A stretch of DNA of 36,404 bases, taken from contig CAMUGK010000001.1 in NCBI GenBank assembly GCA_947088415.1, positions 1 through 36,404 on the forward strand, in the 5' to 3' direction. A program made the position numbers and the translations under genes. The notes below the pieces were generated by a model that saw only the letters and a list, made by a program, of their open reading frames with translations, searched no databases and was not told where the DNA came from. Shown one piece after another: positions 34,111 through 36,404 of this stretch (its first letter is position 1; each line of letters starts with the position of its first letter). This DNA comes from an uncultured Bacillota bacterium (GTDB lineage Bacteria; Bacillota; Clostridia; Christensenellales; UBA1242).

Positions 34111-34992
34111 ATGAAAAAGGTTGCCATTGTAACAGATAGTAATAGTGGACTCACTCAAGAAGAAGGCAAAAAATTAGGCGTAACTGTTGTGCCAATGCCT
34201 TTTATTGTTGACGGGGAAGAATATTTTGAAGATATAAGTTTGACCCAACCGCAGTTTTTTGAAAAATTAGCACAAGATGCCAATATTTCAACTTCTCAAC
34301 CAGCCATTGGTGCAGTTGTTGAAATTTGGGATAGACTATTAAAAGATTATGATGAAGTCGTTCATATTCCAATGTCAAGTGGTCTTAGCGAAAGCATGAA
34401 CACTGCAAGAACTTTTGCCAATAATGAATATGCTGGCAGAGTTGAAGTGGTAGATAATCACAGAATTTCAATTACTCAAAGACGTAGTGTTATTGATGCT
34501 GTCAATCTTGCAAAAGATGGCTATACAGCAAAGGAGATTAAAGAATATCTTGAACACACAGGCAAAGACAGCAGTATTTATATTATGGTTAACACTTTGA
34601 AACATCTTAAAAAAGGCGGAAGAATAACACCAGCCGCTGCTGCTATTGGAACAGTTTTGAATATTAAACCAGTTCTTCAAATTCAAGGTGGCAAACTCGA
34701 CCAATTTGCCAAAGTGCTTAACTTAAAAGCAGCCAAAGCAAAAATGATTTCTGCAATCAAAGACGATATAGAAAATCGCTTTAAAGATTTGTTTGACCGC
34801 AAAGAACTTTGTATAGCTATTGCTCATACAAACAACTATGAAAGGGCAGATGAATTTGCACAAGAAGTTGAGCAGGCTTTTGGCGTAAAACCAGAGTTTG
34901 TTGACCCATTGTCTTTAAGCATTGCTTGCCATATTGGCTCTGGCTCTCTTGCAATAGGTTGCTATAGAATTTATCAAGGTAAAAATAAATAA
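34111..34992 (+). CDS. DegV family fatty-acid-binding protein
   Basis: KVAIVTDSNSGL N-terminus, ISTSQP, and LKKGGRITPAAAAIGTVLNIKPVL. 293 aa. Confidence 0.9.
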   Translation: MKKVAIVTDSNSGLTQEEGKKLGVTVVPMPFIVDGEEYFEDISLTQPQFFEKLAQDANISTSQPAIGAVVEIWDRLLKDYDEVVHIPMSSGLSESMNTARTFANNEYAGRVEVVDNHRISITQRRSVIDAVNLAKDGYTAKEIKEYLEHTGKDSSIYIMVNTLKHLKKGGRITPAAAAIGTVLNIKPVLQIQGGKLDQFAKVLNLKAAKAKMISAIKDDIENRFKDLFDRKELCIAIAHTNNYERADEFAQEVEQAFGVKPEFVDPLSLSIACHIGSGSLAIGCYRIYQGKNK

Positions 34993-34994
34993 AC

Positions 34995-35021
34995 AAAAAA
35001 CACCAAGTATGGTGTTTTTTT
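34995..35021. terminator. bidirectional terminator
   Basis: ACACCA-AGTA-TGGTGT flanked by A6 and T7, between convergent genes. Confidence 0.75.
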
Positions 35022-35037
35022 GAAATAATTTATGTTT

Positions 35038-35832
35038 TTATTTTTGTTCAACTTGAGTAATGTTAAGTTTAACAGTTACTGGTTTGTAACCAACTGGGGC
35101 AATAGTGTAGTCACGTGTAAATTCGCTTGCAACATTAGAGCCATAACCTACTGCATAAAAGCCAAGCCAACCTTCGCCAGCAATTTCCTCGTTTGTAAAA
35201 CCATAACTAATTGTTGTTACATTTCCCTTTCTGTTTACTTGTTCAGTAATAAATTTTGCAGGTTTAACCACTTCGTCACCCTTTTTGAAAGTCATTTTGA
35301 AGAGAGCGGTTGAATTGTTAACAGTAAGGTTGTAAGCGTTTTCAACTTTTTCAATTGCGTTGTTTGAATTTGCAACAACATTGTCAACGTTTGCGTCAAG
35401 ATTTGCACCATCAGCTACTTTAACTTTAAATGATGTGTCGCCATATTTAACATCAATGTTTTCAGTATTGCCAGCTTTAAGACTTAAGAAATATGATGCA
35501 ACATAAAGAGAGTTTTCTTTAACAACAAATCTTGGTGCATCGACAAATTTTTTCTTTCCGACAGAAAGCTTAACATTTTCTTCTCCATATGTAATTCCGC
35601 CAAGAGAAAAATCTCCTTCTCCTTTTACCTTTCCGATTTTAGCATAAAATTTGTCAAATTCTTCTCCCATGTTTTCATAAGTTAGGTTTGCATCAAGTTT
35701 GTTGTAAACATGTTCAGATATGTAAGTCAAATCTCCAGCAACATCGGCTTTTACATCAATTGTGTTGTTTCCATAACCTAAGAATGCAAAAGGTGTGGCA
35801 ACCACAAGTCCAGCGCAAGCAAGCTTTTTCAT
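35038..35832 (-). CDS. secreted / surface protein of unknown function, 264 aa
   Basis: N-terminal signal-like segment MKKLACAGLVVATPFAFLG. The remainder is beta-rich and N/K/V-rich. Start choice is uncertain (see findings). Confidence 0.6.
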   Translation of the reverse strand: MKKLACAGLVVATPFAFLGYGNNTIDVKADVAGDLTYISEHVYNKLDANLTYENMGEEFDKFYAKIGKVKGEGDFSLGGITYGEENVKLSVGKKKFVDAPRFVVKENSLYVASYFLSLKAGNTENIDVKYGDTSFKVKVADGANLDANVDNVVANSNNAIEKVENAYNLTVNNSTALFKMTFKKGDEVVKPAKFITEQVNRKGNVTTISYGFTNEEIAGEGWLGFYAVGYGSNVASEFTRDYTIAPVGYKPVTVKLNITQVEQK

Positions 35833-35874
35833 CTTTTTTCATTTTTCTACCTCCTTTAAATATGAATATACCCG

Positions 35875-35903
35875 ATTGTAACGCGGGGGGGCTTGTCAAG
35901 CAA
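35875..35903 (-). promoter_or_regulatory. promoter with a C7 tract in the spacer
   Basis: Minus strand: TTGCTT (35903-35898), a 17 nt spacer containing CCCCCCC (35891-35885), then TACAAT (35880-35875). An overlapping TTGACA (35900-35895) would be at 14 nt. Confidence 0.55.
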
Positions 35904-35998
35904 TTTTTCAAAAAAAATAAAAAAATTTCCGCTTCGCGAAAATTTTAGTAATAAATAAGTTGATTTCGACAAAATTTGACAAAAGTAGACAAATGGTG

Positions 35999-36364
35999 TT
36001 AATTCTCTTCCTGCTTTTCGACAATTTCTGTCTTTTCTTCGATTTTAGTTTCGGCTATAGGTTTTTCTAAATGTAATGAAGAAGCCTGTTTTAAAAGATA
36101 AATCCCTAAACCGAAAACTACACTAAAGACAATCATTAACACAAACATAGAAATTAAAAGAGGGGTGTTTACTTTAATACTTTCAAGACTCGACCCAAAA
36201 ACGCCAATCAAAATAAAAGCAGTTGCAACAATTATAAAACTTGCAATGGAAATTGGCGATGCAATCAAAAACAATTTTTTGTGAAGTTCCTTGTTTTTGT
36301 CGTAATTGCCGACAAAGTCTGCATTTTGATTGCTTTTTGCAATTAATTCTTTAAGTTTGTTCAT
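35999..36364 (-). CDS. small membrane protein, 121 aa, two TM helices
   Basis: AAGGAG SD. Two hydrophobic helices are present (LFLIASPISIASFIIVATAFILIGVF, LLISMFVLMIVFSVVFGLGIYLL). The C-terminal tail is acidic. Confidence 0.5.
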   Translation of the reverse strand: MNKLKELIAKSNQNADFVGNYDKNKELHKKLFLIASPISIASFIIVATAFILIGVFGSSLESIKVNTPLLISMFVLMIVFSVVFGLGIYLLKQASSLHLEKPIAETKIEEKTEIVEKQEEN

Positions 36365-36404
36365 AGCTTCTCCTTTATATATAGATAATATAGCATAATT
36401 AAGG

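Overview
This is a 36.4 kb low-GC, Firmicutes/Mollicutes-like chromosomal segment. It uses the standard genetic code: Trp is TGG throughout the conserved proteins. The backbone is housekeeping: tilS, a YitT-family membrane protein, lemA, purA, a CaCA antiporter, uvrB, uvrA, a T-box-controlled aspS-asnS operon, tlyA, a DUF1846/UPF0371 protein and degV. Small accessory patches sit next to tRNA genes (tRNA-Leu 7176-7258, tRNA-Ile 28127-28203, tRNA-Gly 28479-28552). I found no canonical defence system, CRISPR array or intact mobile element. The main items for follow-up are:
1. Two G7/C7 homopolymer tracts sit at switch-like positions. One frameshifts a GT2 glycosyltransferase. The other lies in the promoter spacer of a secreted-protein gene, which also has an out-of-frame, better-placed ATG.
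2. A tandem half-site motif TGTCGAAWWWTGTCGAA recurs at least 9 times. Copies lie upstream of a three-member lipoprotein family, a secreted protein and two tRNA(-like) promoters, with three more in a gene-free 1 kb spacer.
3. An SDR gene is tightly coupled to a serine-palmitoyltransferase-like alpha-oxoamine synthase, a candidate long-chain-base lipid module.
4. Three 67-68 aa XRE repressors, each with a perfect palindromic operator, sit immediately upstream of both uvrB and uvrA. Both uvr genes look leaderless.
5. Several repeat families are present. These are GC-rich hairpins with a conserved loop and covarying stems, a CGCTATA...TATAGCGATTTTTT terminator family, and a 130-170 nt element that flanks a NUDIX gene in direct orientation.
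6. There are tRNA-linked scars: an integrase C-terminal remnant at tRNA-Leu, a duplicated tRNA-Ile 3' end, a promoter-driven tRNA-like minihelix, and a tRNA-Gly(CCC) with a non-canonical T-loop.
All functional calls come from motif recognition by eye. No database search was possible.
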